A stretch of DNA of 64,000 nt, taken from Anaerolineae bacterium. Its GTDB lineage: Bacteria; Chloroflexota; Anaerolineae; Aggregatilineales; J027. The position numbers were made by a program, and so were the translations under genes. This document shows, piece by piece, positions 45,502 to 54,567 of the stretch; within the stretch, counting starts at the first letter, position 1, and each line of letters starts with the position of its first letter. The notes under the pieces were generated by a model that searched no databases, was not told where the DNA came from, and saw only the letters and a list, made by a program, of their open reading frames with translations. The stretch lies in NCBI GenBank assembly GCA_019913005.1, contig JAIOHL010000105.1, positions 11,177 through 75,176 of the forward strand, given 5' to 3'.

Positions 45502-47922
45502 ATGAACCAACACCATAACAAAAAACTATTGCTTGGCTTGGCCCTCTGGTTGATATTAACCGGGACTTACATCTTTAGCTATAGTGGATTACCGCTAAGT
45601 TCGGACGAGTATATCATTTTTGACAGCACTCAAAGCCTTGTCTTAAACGGCACAATGGCTCGAACGATTGGTTATAATGTTGATCCCAGCATCCAAGAAG
45701 ACGGTACTCCTTGGCCCCAACAAAAATATGAACCCCTTCAAGTGATAATTGCCGCCCCATTATTCTGGCTGGGTCATCAACTGCCAGACATTGGGCGACT
45801 GCATACTGTTTTTACTCTAAATATTTTCATCATGGCGCTTACAGCACTCAGCTTATATATCATTGCCCTACAACGCGGGCATCGTCTTGCGGTTGCATGG
45901 TGGGGAGCGCTCATCTTTGGGGTTGCCACCGCCGCATGGCCCTACAGCCGGTGGATCTTTCGTGAACCTGTGATGAGCCTTTTTGTGGTATGGGCGTTTC
46001 ACTTTGGTACCCAAGTTCACCAACGTATGGAACAGCACCAGTCGGTTTGGCGACAGGCCCTCCTTGCAGCCTTAGCCATTGTCGCGGCGATCCTGACCAA
46101 ACAAATCGGTTGGTTAATCCTACCCGCCGTTTTAATTTCCCTTTTCCCTTCACGAGTCATTTGGCGACACGCCTTGCCTGCCATCGTGATTCTGGTACTT
46201 ATTTTGGGGACGCTTATCTCGGTGGTTCTTTTCCTCCAACCCGATGTGGAAGAAGGTCGTTATTCAGTTACCCGCTGGACAGACCTCGATACCCTCACAT
46301 GGAATTCAGTTCCAGAGAGTCTGCTCGGTTATCATGTTAGCCCCTCTCGTAGTTTATGGCTGTTTTCGCCAATTCTAGCAGCAGGCTGGATCGGCGCGGT
46401 GATGTTGTGGCGGCGTGGCGAATGGCGCATAGTGCTTGGTCCAGCACTCGCGTTGATGGTGGTCAGCGCTAGTTATGGTGTCACTCGTCAAAGCACGGTT
46501 TGGAATGGGGGATGGGGATGGGGGCCGCGTTATATGGTGCCATTTCTACCCGTCCTAATGATCTGGGTGCTGCCTGTACTTGAATGGCTTTTTCGCAAGC
46601 CGACGACCCTCAAGCAATACACCGGATGGCTGGTCTTTATTCTGCTTTTGATTGTCAGTGTTGGGATGCAGTGGCTTGGTCTCGGTGTCCCGTATACCAA
46701 TTACTACACTGAACTTCAATTTAGCCTCTTTGATGACCCAACCCGTTTTGATGAATGGCAAAAATGGGCGGATTATAATTGGGTTTGGAGCGAGTCACAG
46801 ATTCCCTATCATTGGCATCATTTTAGCGGCGACCAATTGCAACCTGCATGGACAATTGTAGAGCAAGAATGGTTAATGCCGCTATTGACGCTCATGATGC
46901 TACTTATCGGCGTTGGCCTGTGTGCATGGGTCATATTTGCCAAGCATGGCCCTTCCTTAAATACCCCTCTGAAGACGGCCATCACAGCCGTTGTGGTCTT
47001 GTCGCCCATCCTCCCTCTCGGCGAAGGCATCTATCAACTGCGCGACGATGAACGTTATATCAGCGACCAATCCGATGTATTTGAACTCATCAACATACTC
47101 AATCAAGAAGTTCAACCCGACGATATTGTATTGATTGAACGTGGTGAGTATTCGCGCCTGTTCATGAATTATTTTAAAGCCGACGCGGTGTTAATGACCC
47201 TTCCTCTGCCGCTACGTGGCGGTTATGCACCGGGTGAACCCGAAATCCGCGATGACGAACTCTACCCCGCCCTCGGCCCCTATGCGAGTTATGCGCTCGA
47301 TTGGGCACCGGATCATTATCGTCGTCTATGGTTTGTAGCTGCGTCCGGGCCATTTATCACGGATGCGATTCGCCCTGCCGAACGGCTACTGACGATTCGT
47401 TACTTTCCCGTCCGTGAATACACCGTCAGCCAAACAGCACGCGCCATTTTGTATGACACGGTGGATGTTCCAAGTGTCCCAGCCGTCTACCGTACAAATT
47501 TTATTTTTGGCGAACTCTTAGGGCTGTTAGGTTTTGATCTGCCACGCGGCACCACTTATCAGCCGGGGGATGTTGTCCCTATTTCGATTGTTTGGCTGGC
47601 CCTGCAACCGATGGTTACTGATTATAACGTCAGCGTTCGCATCTCCGACGCCACTCATCGTCCTGTTGTCCAACAAGACGGGTTGCCTATTGCCACTTTT
47701 GGTCATACTTCGCACTGGGAGATAGGTCACACCCTCCGTGACAATCATGGCCTCGAACTACCTGCCAATCTGCCGTCGGGTGAGTATTATCTTGAAGTCA
47801 CAGTCTACAACTATGTCACAGGTGAAAATTTAGCGGTGCGTAACCCAGATTTGGGCGCGGTTCCCAGCAATCGCATTGCCACACTCCTCCCCATTACGGT
47901 GCAGGAGAACTCGCATGATTGA
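45502..47922 (+). CDS. GT-C fold membrane glycosyltransferase (GT39/GT83-like, PMT/ArnT type) with a large C-terminal soluble domain
   Basis: 806 aa with at least 10 TM. The first-loop acidic motif is [11 protein letters not shown]. About 300 aa at the C-terminus are non-membrane. Confidence 0.7.
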   Translation: MNQHHNKKLLLGLALWLILTGTYIFSYSGLPLSSDEYIIFDSTQSLVLNGTMARTIGYNVDPSIQEDGTPWPQQKYEPLQVIIAAPLFWLGHQLPDIGRLHTVFTLNIFIMALTALSLYIIALQRGHRLAVAWWGALIFGVATAAWPYSRWIFREPVMSLFVVWAFHFGTQVHQRMEQHQSVWRQALLAALAIVAAILTKQIGWLILPAVLISLFPSRVIWRHALPAIVILVLILGTLISVVLFLQPDVEEGRYSVTRWTDLDTLTWNSVPESLLGYHVSPSRSLWLFSPILAAGWIGAVMLWRRGEWRIVLGPALALMVVSASYGVTRQSTVWNGGWGWGPRYMVPFLPVLMIWVLPVLEWLFRKPTTLKQYTGWLVFILLLIVSVGMQWLGLGVPYTNYYTELQFSLFDDPTRFDEWQKWADYNWVWSESQIPYHWHHFSGDQLQPAWTIVEQEWLMPLLTLMMLLIGVGLCAWVIFAKHGPSLNTPLKTAITAVVVLSPILPLGEGIYQLRDDERYISDQSDVFELINILNQEVQPDDIVLIERGEYSRLFMNYFKADAVLMTLPLPLRGGYAPGEPEIRDDELYPALGPYASYALDWAPDHYRRLWFVAASGPFITDAIRPAERLLTIRYFPVREYTVSQTARAILYDTVDVPSVPAVYRTNFIFGELLGLLGFDLPRGTTYQPGDVVPISIVWLALQPMVTDYNVSVRISDATHRPVVQQDGLPIATFGHTSHWEIGHTLRDNHGLELPANLPSGEYYLEVTVYNYVTGENLAVRNPDLGAVPSNRIATLLPITVQENSHD

Positions 47923-48721
47923 TCACGGCAAGTACAATGTCTTAGGTGTCGAGATCAACGCCATTGACTATGCTGCGGCTGTCGAACGCATTATTTCGGC
48001 GGCCCGAACTCAACAACCGCTGACGGTCACTGCTCTTGCTGTGCATGGTGTCATGACGGGTGTCCTTGATAAAACCCACCGCTATCGCCTCAATCGTTTA
48101 GACCTCGTTACTCCCGACGGCCAGCCAGTGCGATGGGCACTCAACTGGTTACATAAAACGGGCCTGATGGATCGTGTCTATGGCCCAACGCTGACCCTTA
48201 AACTATGCGAACGGGTCGCTTCCGAAAACCTGCCCATTTATCTTTATGGCAGTCAGCCTGAAACACTAAATCAACTAGCCCAAAATTTGACCCGCCAATT
48301 CCCCGGTTTGAAAATTGCCGGGATGCAACCCTCATTTTTTCGTCAGGTCACCGCCGATGAAAAGCTGCAAATCGCCACGAAAATCCAAGCCAGTGGCGCA
48401 AAAATGGTCTTTGTCGGGTTGGGCTGCCCACGTCAAGAAACATGGGTCTATGAATACCGTGATCTGCTGTCCATGCCCTTACTAGCAGTAGGGGCCGCTT
48501 TCGACTTTCACGCCGGAACGCTTTCTCAAGCCCCCGCATGGATGCAAAAACGTGGCCTTGAATGGTTCTATCGCCTGACCCGCGAACCCACCCGCCTCTG
48601 GAAACGCTACCTGCTGCTGAATCCACTCTATCTGTGGTTGTTATTTCTCCAAGTCACCCGCCTCAGAATCAATGATCCCGCCGATGCCACAGCCCCTACC
48701 GAAGAAATGCGTTACGGATAA
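47915..48721 (+). CDS. WecB/TagA/CpsF family (GT26) glycosyltransferase
   Basis: ATG 47915 follows AGGAG and overlaps the upstream stop (ATGATTGA). Family blocks are [31 protein letters not shown] and [16 protein letters not shown]. Confidence 0.88.
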   Translation: MIDHGKYNVLGVEINAIDYAAAVERIISAARTQQPLTVTALAVHGVMTGVLDKTHRYRLNRLDLVTPDGQPVRWALNWLHKTGLMDRVYGPTLTLKLCERVASENLPIYLYGSQPETLNQLAQNLTRQFPGLKIAGMQPSFFRQVTADEKLQIATKIQASGAKMVFVGLGCPRQETWVYEYRDLLSMPLLAVGAAFDFHAGTLSQAPAWMQKRGLEWFYRLTREPTRLWKRYLLLNPLYLWLLFLQVTRLRINDPADATAPTEEMRYG

Positions 48722-48767
48722 AAAAGGAACCACAAGGACTAGCCCTGTAGTTCCCAATAACTGGCTG

Positions 48768-49046
48768 TTACGTCATCAGAAATTTGCTCAACTCGTCGTT
48801 TTTACGCTTGGCCTTCTCTTTTGGTTGGGCCGGCATCACCACCCATAGGATGCCATAAATCACCATGACGGTCTCAAGATTTACGACGAACAGGGCTACG
48901 GTAATGAACACCAGCCGAACCAACGTGGGGTCTATCTTGAGAAATTCGGCAATTCCCCCACAGACGCCTGTGAGCATCCGATTTTCAGCCGAACAATAGA
49001 GACGCTTTTGGAAATTCACTGTGCCTCCTCTTTTTCGCATCCACAT
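48768..49046 (-). CDS. PspC-domain membrane protein
   Basis: KRLYCSAENRMLTGVCGGIAEFLKIDPTLVRLVFI is the PspC domain signature, followed by one TM. The start is uncertain and overlaps the upstream gene by about 25-31 nt. Confidence 0.75.
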   Translation of the reverse strand: MWMRKRGGTVNFQKRLYCSAENRMLTGVCGGIAEFLKIDPTLVRLVFITVALFVVNLETVMVIYGILWVVMPAQPKEKAKRKNDELSKFLMT

Positions 49047-49273
49047 CCCTCAAACTTGAGGCCGCCTTGCTTCCGTCTGTCCACAAATTCATCTAGCTTG
49101 GAGGCCGCCCCTTGTCGCACCATCTTGCCAACTTCGATGGCTTCCGTGATTTCTTGTTCATCGGCTCCGCTTTCCAAAGCCTTCGTGACATTCGTTTGCA
49201 AACACGGCTGACAATTGGCACTCACCGAGGCCCCAACCGCAATGAGCCGTAATGTCCGATTATCCAATTTCAA
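49016..49273 (-). CDS. Carboxymuconolactone decarboxylase/AhpD-like family protein (CxxC)
   Basis: LDNRTLRLIAVGASVSANCQPCL contains a CxxC motif. The C-terminal tail reads GCGCEKE. Confidence 0.78.
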   Translation of the reverse strand: MKLDNRTLRLIAVGASVSANCQPCLQTNVTKALESGADEQEITEAIEVGKMVRQGAASKLDEFVDRRKQGGLKFEGCGCEKEEAQ

Positions 49274-49512
49274 GGATTCACCTCCAGTGGACTGCCTTTC
49301 CTCTTCTCAAGGGTCGAGATACCAAAAGGCACATACAAAATACAGAAGCCGCTGACTGCTGTCGTCAACATAAACCCGCCAAAGGCAGCAGCAACCACCC
49401 CATTGAGATCACCATGCACGCCTCCCAAAAGGAACATGCCGACCAGCAGAATCAATACTCCCGCGACAAACCGCACGGCCCGATCCACCGTTCCACAATT
49501 CTGTCGAAACAT
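49270..49512 (-). CDS. DUF2892 (YgaP-like) small membrane protein
   Basis: The N-terminus is MFRQNCGTVDRAVRFVAGVLIL, followed by two TM helices. It overlaps the downstream gene by 4 nt. Confidence 0.72.
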   Translation of the reverse strand: MFRQNCGTVDRAVRFVAGVLILLVGMFLLGGVHGDLNGVVAAAFGGFMLTTAVSGFCILYVPFGISTLEKRKGSPLEVNP

Positions 49513-49574
49513 CGTTTCACCTCCTTTCTAATTTCTATAGACGGAGGCGAATCGAAAAGGATACAGTGAAATTT

Positions 49575-50180
49575 TTAATGTTTCTTGCGATATTGCTCAA
49601 AGACAGCCTTTAGGTTGGGCACAAACTCATTTTCTTCGACCCAGTACGCTTCGCAATGGACCTCTAATTCATGCCGAAGTTTTGCTCTGGCCCGGTGCAA
49701 GCGAATTTTCACCGTATCCAGTGTGATGCCAAGAATAGTGGCGATTTCTTGGTTTTTAATCCCCTCCAACTCGCTCAGGATAAGCACTGTTCGATAGTCA
49801 TCAGGCAGTTGGTGAATAAAATTTCGAATGCAATCGTTCATTTGTTGCCGGACAAGCTGCTGCTCCACCGAAAGCGCCCTTTCGCCAGTCCACATCTCCC
49901 GGTCTTCGATTTCGATCAAATCGTCCGATAGCTCAATCGTGTCGCCTTGAGGAATAGGGCACTCCCGCAGCCGATCTATCGCTGTGTTGGTCGCAATACG
50001 ATAAATCCAAGTGGAAAGCTGCGACTCCCCTCTGAATTCTTCCAACCCGCGATTGACCTTCACGAAAACCTCTTGGGTCAAGTCTTCGGCCTCAGCTTCA
50101 CCTGCTAAGCGAGCCATGTAGCGCAATATCTTGGGGTGAAACTCGTCATAGATTCGCTGGAAATTGAGTGGATCGTCCAT
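49575..50180 (-). CDS. ECF-type sigma-70 family RNA polymerase sigma factor
   Basis: Region 2 is DLTQEVFVKV...STWIYRIATNTAIDRLR. Region 4 is YRTVLILSELEGIKNQEIATILGITLDTVKIRLHRARAKL. There is a long sigma2-sigma4 linker and a roughly 28-aa C-terminal extension. Confidence 0.9.
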   Translation of the reverse strand: MDDPLNFQRIYDEFHPKILRYMARLAGEAEAEDLTQEVFVKVNRGLEEFRGESQLSTWIYRIATNTAIDRLRECPIPQGDTIELSDDLIEIEDREMWTGERALSVEQQLVRQQMNDCIRNFIHQLPDDYRTVLILSELEGIKNQEIATILGITLDTVKIRLHRARAKLRHELEVHCEAYWVEENEFVPNLKAVFEQYRKKH

Positions 50181-50192
50181 GAAACTCCTCCG

Positions 50193-51149
50193 TCAAAACC
50201 ACTGGCGTAAATCGCGCCATTCGACTTTGCGCCCTGCCTGAATAACACGCCGTTTTGCTATCATGCGCTTGCGAAGCTGCCACACCGACCCAAATGCCCG
50301 CAAGGAAGCACGTTCCTTTAACAAAATGAACCCCAAAATTTTCAGGTCATACCACAGAATGGCCGGGGCATCGCGCCAAAAATGCGGCATAATCTCATTT
50401 TTCATCATCAGCAAATAACGATTCCGCACCCCTAAAAGGCGCATATCCGCTGAGACCCGTTCACGCTGACCGGGCCGAAATCCGCGAATATGATGCCCCA
50501 CCGCCTCCGGTACGTACACCGACTGCCAACCGCGCAGTTGTGCCCGCCAGCACACATCCACATCTTCCTTGTGCATAAAAAAATCTTCGTCAAACACCTC
50601 GCCATTAATCGCAATATCTTCCAGCATGGCCCGCCGATAAATCGCTGCTGCGCCATCCGGCCCAAACACCGCATCGGACTGCATTGGCGTCTCATCAATT
50701 GGATCACCACTGTTTCGCAATAGTTGACGGCGCGAACGACTCATCAACAAGCCCGTGCTATCCATCCATTGCGGCGTCTCACCCAATTTTTCTACACGCA
50801 GCAATAACCCCGCTGCCGAACCAAGTTTTGGATTTTCATCAAGGGCCGCCAGCATCGTCGCCAGGTACCCCGGTGCCAACCACACATCCGGGTTGAGCGT
50901 CAGTACATAGTCGCTTTGGGTGCGGCTGATGGCTAAATTATGCGCCGCCGAATATCCCAGATTTTCCGTGTTACCTATGACCTCAACGCCCTTTTTCTGC
51001 ACCCGCGCCACCGTATCATCAGTGGAGGCGTTATCCACCACCAGCACCCCAAAATCTACCCCCTGCTGACCCAACAATGAATCGAGGCACATTTCGATAT
51101 GATCGGCGCTGTTATAGGTCACGAGATGCACCGAAATTTTTATCGTCAC
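50193..51149 (-). CDS. Family 2 glycosyltransferase
   Basis: GTG start with a GGAG 8 nt upstream. Family blocks are ISVHLVTYNS, VVDNASTDDT and HKEDVDVCWR. Confidence 0.88.
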   Translation of the reverse strand: MTIKISVHLVTYNSADHIEMCLDSLLGQQGVDFGVLVVDNASTDDTVARVQKKGVEVIGNTENLGYSAAHNLAISRTQSDYVLTLNPDVWLAPGYLATMLAALDENPKLGSAAGLLLRVEKLGETPQWMDSTGLLMSRSRRQLLRNSGDPIDETPMQSDAVFGPDGAAAIYRRAMLEDIAINGEVFDEDFFMHKEDVDVCWRAQLRGWQSVYVPEAVGHHIRGFRPGQRERVSADMRLLGVRNRYLLMMKNEIMPHFWRDAPAILWYDLKILGFILLKERASLRAFGSVWQLRKRMIAKRRVIQAGRKVEWRDLRQWF

Positions 51150-51208
51150 GGATATACTCCATTTTAAATTCCCACTAAAGCACTACTCTACCCCGCTTTT
51201 CACAAATG

Positions 51209-51242
51209 CTGACAGCAACCTGACGGAATCTTGACATATAAT
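51209..51242 (+). promoter_or_regulatory. Three phased YTGACR direct repeats abutting a consensus TATAAT
   Basis: CTGACA (51209), CTGACG (51220) and TTGACA (51231) are spaced exactly 11 bp apart. TATAAT (51237-51242) follows immediately. The array lies in the divergent spacer between the GT2 gene and the S8 protease gene. Confidence 0.4.
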
Positions 51243-51286
51243 GAAAATGAATCTTCGCCATACCCTAGAGAAAATGGAGTTCCCCT

Positions 51287-54200
51287 GTGTCAAGATTAGC
51301 CAATCGGCGCATTTTTTCAGGTGCCTTGATCTTTATCTTTCTGATAGCAGGTATTATACTGTCCGCCCAGCCCACACCGGCTCGTTCGGATGATGGCCCC
51401 GTTGGACGATTAATCGAATCGGATGATCCCCTCGTCCAGCAATCGGGCAGTTGGACAAAACAAGCCGCCGCCGGAGCCAGTGGGGGAAGCTACCTCTACA
51501 GCGGCAAAAGCGTAGACGATACGCTGACACTGGAATTTGTCGGCCCGCGTATCGAAATCGTCTATGTGCAAAATCCGGCATTGGGGGCACTCGCCATTGA
51601 AGTAGACGGCACCGTTCTGCGTACCGTCATGACCGATGGCACGACCCCCCAATTTGGCAACCGCGCCATTGTAGATTATTTGGAAAACGGCCCGCATACC
51701 CTCAAGGTCTATCCACAAGAAGGCACGATTATCGGGGTAGATGCTTTTTATATTCCAGCACCGCCGCCTGTTGAACCCACCCCAACCGAGACCGCGCCTG
51801 TCGCTTCAACCCCCATTCCGCGTGGTGTGAATACCGACAAACTCGATGAAACGGTCATGGCCGCCGCCCAAAGTGAAGGTCAAATCCGGGTCATTGTGCA
51901 ACTGCGTACCCCCTCGATTGGTTTTGGCCGTGTGCCATTTAACACCCGCCTCAATGCCGACATGCAAAATGAGGTCTTGGCAAGTGCAGGCAAATTTGAA
52001 GTCCGCCATAAATATTCCCACCTGCCAGCCTTTGCGGGGTATGCCGACTTTGCCACCCTTATCCAATTGCAAGCTGACCCATTGGTGGAATCCATCGTCA
52101 TTGACGAACCCAGCACCATGCACACGGATGTGAGCGTACCCGCCATCCAAGCCGACATCGCCCGCAACACTTACGGCCTACGTGGGCGCGGTGTTACGAT
52201 TGCCGTGTTGGACTCTGGTGTTGAAACCAATCATCCCGATTTGAGCGACGATATTATTGCCCAACACTGTGAAACGGCGGGCAATTGCCCACCAAGCAAC
52301 ACCACTAGTGGGATCAGTGCCGAAGATGCCAATGGGCATGGCACAAATGTCAGCGGCGTCATTACTTCCAACGGCGTCGTTGCGCCCATTGGGTTTGCGC
52401 CGGATGTCAAAATTGTTGCTGTTCGTGTGTTATCTTCTGCTGGTAGTGGTTTCGTCTCAGACTGGGTAGACGGCCTAAATTGGATTATCGCCAATCAAGC
52501 CACCCTTAATGTAGATATCATTAACATGAGTCTCGGCACCAACGCCCTCTATGTTCTTGCTCCAGTACCACCAGAACAAACATGCCAAGTTGCACAACCA
52601 ACTGTAGAAACAGCAGTTTCAACCCTAATTAACACTTATGGCATCACAATTTTTGCTTCAAGTGGTAATCAAGGAAGTGGATCCGGAATGGCATCACCTG
52701 CATGTAATACAGGTGTAGTCTCGGTTGGCGCAACTTATGACAGCAATCTAGGCGCGGAACCTGATAGCGGAACATATCAAACGCTTTTTGGTGGCTCATG
52801 GCCCGCTTGTGCCGATGCCTCCACCAGCGCGACGGTCATCACTTGCTTTACCAACAGCAATGCCGAACTCGACTTGCTGGCCCCCGGCGCACGCATTACT
52901 TCCGCAGGCTACACTTCACTTCCTACCCCGGGTACTACTAGTACCTATCGTGGTACCTCCCAAGCCTCACCCACAGTGGCAGCAGTCGCGGCCTTGATGT
53001 TAGAAGCCAATCCCACTCTGACTCCGGCCCAAATTCAAAGCACGCTGTACAGCACCGGGGTTAATGTGACGGATTCCAAGAATGGCTTTACCTTCCGACG
53101 TATCAATGCCCTCGCCGCCGTTCAAGCCGTTTTGCCAGATGAAGCCGCCGGAGCGCCAGCCAACGACTTGTTTGCCAACGCGACTGTCGTTTCTTCCCTA
53201 CCCTATCGGCGCAATCAAGAGGTCTTTCAAGCCACCACGACTGGCACTGATCCATCTGGCGCAACTCTATGTAATGTTGCGACCCGTTCAGATACAGTTT
53301 GGTATCAGTATACGCCACTATCCGCTGGACTAGTCTCGGTCAGCACGGAAGGCAGCACCTACGACACGGTAATCGGCGTCTACAGAGGGACAGAAGGTTC
53401 ATTGATATTTGAGGGGTGCAATGATGACGTAGACGCCCTCCACGCCATCCGTACCTCTGCCCTAAATTTCAGTGCGACAGGCGGCGTAACCTATCGCATC
53501 ATGATTGCAAAATATGGGACAGCCGCAACGGGCACCAGTGTCCTGCGTCTGAGCGTCAGCAATATTCCAGTCGGCGATACCATTGCGGTGTTCAACAACA
53601 GCGCCAACTATGCGGGCCTTGTGGACACCCTCCAAACATCACCCCCCCCGGTCAACTATGCCACCTACCCCACTGGTGGGCCTCAAACGGGTGGTCAATG
53701 GGTCATGGGTGACTGGAACGGCGATGGGCAAAAAACGCCGGGGCTGTATGCGCCCAATGGCGTGTTCTATTACACCAACAACATCGGCTACGAGGCGGCT
53801 AATCCTTGGGCAGGCTTCTGGATTGGCCTATTCAATCGGCCTCTGGTGGTTGGCAAATTTAGTGGGGCCACCAACGATTGTGTGGGCGCGGTGGACAGTG
53901 GCAACTTCCCCCCCTATGGCACCGCGTTTGCGCTCTATTTCACCTGCAACTATGCGGGCAATCCCAATCCGCCTTTGACCTTCCAATGGTTAAGCGTCGT
54001 GCTGAGTGATAGCGCGGGCTTTGCTGGGCTGGGCGATCATCAGTTTGTATCAGGGGATTGGAATAATGACGGTCTAGATTCGGTTGCCGTGCGGCGTGGG
54101 CCATTTATCGCCTTTACCAACATCGTTCCCGGTACAGGTCATGCCGAGTTCAATCTGGCCCAATACATCGGCGCACCAAGTTCTGTCAATTACGGCCTAT

Positions 54201-54373
54201 TGGTGGCGGGTGACTGGGACAGCAACAACATAGACAGTTTTGGCCTTGTCTATAACAATGGCGATTTCTACCGTCGCAACGATCTGGACTGGAATTCAGG
54301 GGCCTATATCTACCAATATATCGGCCTGCCGACTGGCATCATCCACAGTGCTGCATCTTGGCGTCAACGGTAA
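51287..54373 (+). CDS. Secreted multidomain subtilisin (S8) protease: jelly-roll-like N-domain, I9 propeptide, S8, PPC-like domain, shared FG-GAP-like module
   Basis: GTG start 7 nt after a GGAG, with a signal peptide. The catalytic triad is IAVLDSGV (Asp), NGHGTNVSG (His) and GTSQASP (Ser). The PPC-like region runs PANDLFANAT...TYRIMIAKYG. The C-terminal 266 aa is the shared module. Confidence 0.9.
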   Translation: MSRLANRRIFSGALIFIFLIAGIILSAQPTPARSDDGPVGRLIESDDPLVQQSGSWTKQAAAGASGGSYLYSGKSVDDTLTLEFVGPRIEIVYVQNPALGALAIEVDGTVLRTVMTDGTTPQFGNRAIVDYLENGPHTLKVYPQEGTIIGVDAFYIPAPPPVEPTPTETAPVASTPIPRGVNTDKLDETVMAAAQSEGQIRVIVQLRTPSIGFGRVPFNTRLNADMQNEVLASAGKFEVRHKYSHLPAFAGYADFATLIQLQADPLVESIVIDEPSTMHTDVSVPAIQADIARNTYGLRGRGVTIAVLDSGVETNHPDLSDDIIAQHCETAGNCPPSNTTSGISAEDANGHGTNVSGVITSNGVVAPIGFAPDVKIVAVRVLSSAGSGFVSDWVDGLNWIIANQATLNVDIINMSLGTNALYVLAPVPPEQTCQVAQPTVETAVSTLINTYGITIFASSGNQGSGSGMASPACNTGVVSVGATYDSNLGAEPDSGTYQTLFGGSWPACADASTSATVITCFTNSNAELDLLAPGARITSAGYTSLPTPGTTSTYRGTSQASPTVAAVAALMLEANPTLTPAQIQSTLYSTGVNVTDSKNGFTFRRINALAAVQAVLPDEAAGAPANDLFANATVVSSLPYRRNQEVFQATTTGTDPSGATLCNVATRSDTVWYQYTPLSAGLVSVSTEGSTYDTVIGVYRGTEGSLIFEGCNDDVDALHAIRTSALNFSATGGVTYRIMIAKYGTAATGTSVLRLSVSNIPVGDTIAVFNNSANYAGLVDTLQTSPPPVNYATYPTGGPQTGGQWVMGDWNGDGQKTPGLYAPNGVFYYTNNIGYEAANPWAGFWIGLFNRPLVVGKFSGATNDCVGAVDSGNFPPYGTAFALYFTCNYAGNPNPPLTFQWLSVVLSDSAGFAGLGDHQFVSGDWNNDGLDSVAVRRGPFIAFTNIVPGTGHAEFNLAQYIGAPSSVNYGLLVAGDWDSNNIDSFGLVYNNGDFYRRNDLDWNSGAYIYQYIGLPTGIIHSAASWRQR
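53573..54370 (+). repeat. Shared roughly 260-aa module, copy A (paralogous coding repeat)
   Basis: GQWVMGDWNGDGQKTPGLY...NDCVGAVDSG...YFTCN...PPLTFQWLSVVL...GDWNNDGLDSVAVRRGPFIAFTN...GDWDSNNIDSFGLVY...SWR. By eye it is about 80% nucleotide identity to copy B over long stretches. Confidence 0.9.
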
Positions 54374-54451
54374 ATTAAATCCCCTCTAATAAGCCTTATC
54401 CCCCTTTTCCTCTAGGTTCATCACATGAATCGAGCGGAGAGGGGGGTAACA

Positions 54452-54480
54452 TTGCAAAAGAATCGAGACTTTACTATACT
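54452..54480 (+). promoter_or_regulatory. Candidate promoter for the metalloprotease gene
   Basis: TTGCAA (54452-57), 17-nt spacer, TATACT (54475-80). A second hexamer, TATAAT, sits at 54481-86. The spacer is AT-rich. Confidence 0.35.
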
Positions 54481-54567
54481 TATAATCGGTTCTTAATTCT
54501 GATTTCATTTTTAATTATCAGACCAAGAACTCACTTCAATCAAGTATAGGGAGAAATACAGCCGTCT

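Noticed and set aside
45501-45504. CATG palindrome that would give back-to-back divergent start codons for the permease (45503) and the GT-C gene (45502), with ORF-track overlap up to 45521
   Set aside because: Overlapping divergent starts leave no room for promoters. The internal ATG at 45419 for the permease leaves an 82-nt AT-rich spacer and still includes all the TM helices that look conserved. The overlap is probably an ORF-extension artefact.
51231-51242. TTGACATATAAT read as a canonical sigma-70 promoter
   Set aside because: The two consensus hexamers are directly adjacent (0-nt spacer instead of 16-18), so they cannot act together as -35 and -10. I have reinterpreted the site as part of a phased repeat array (see findings).
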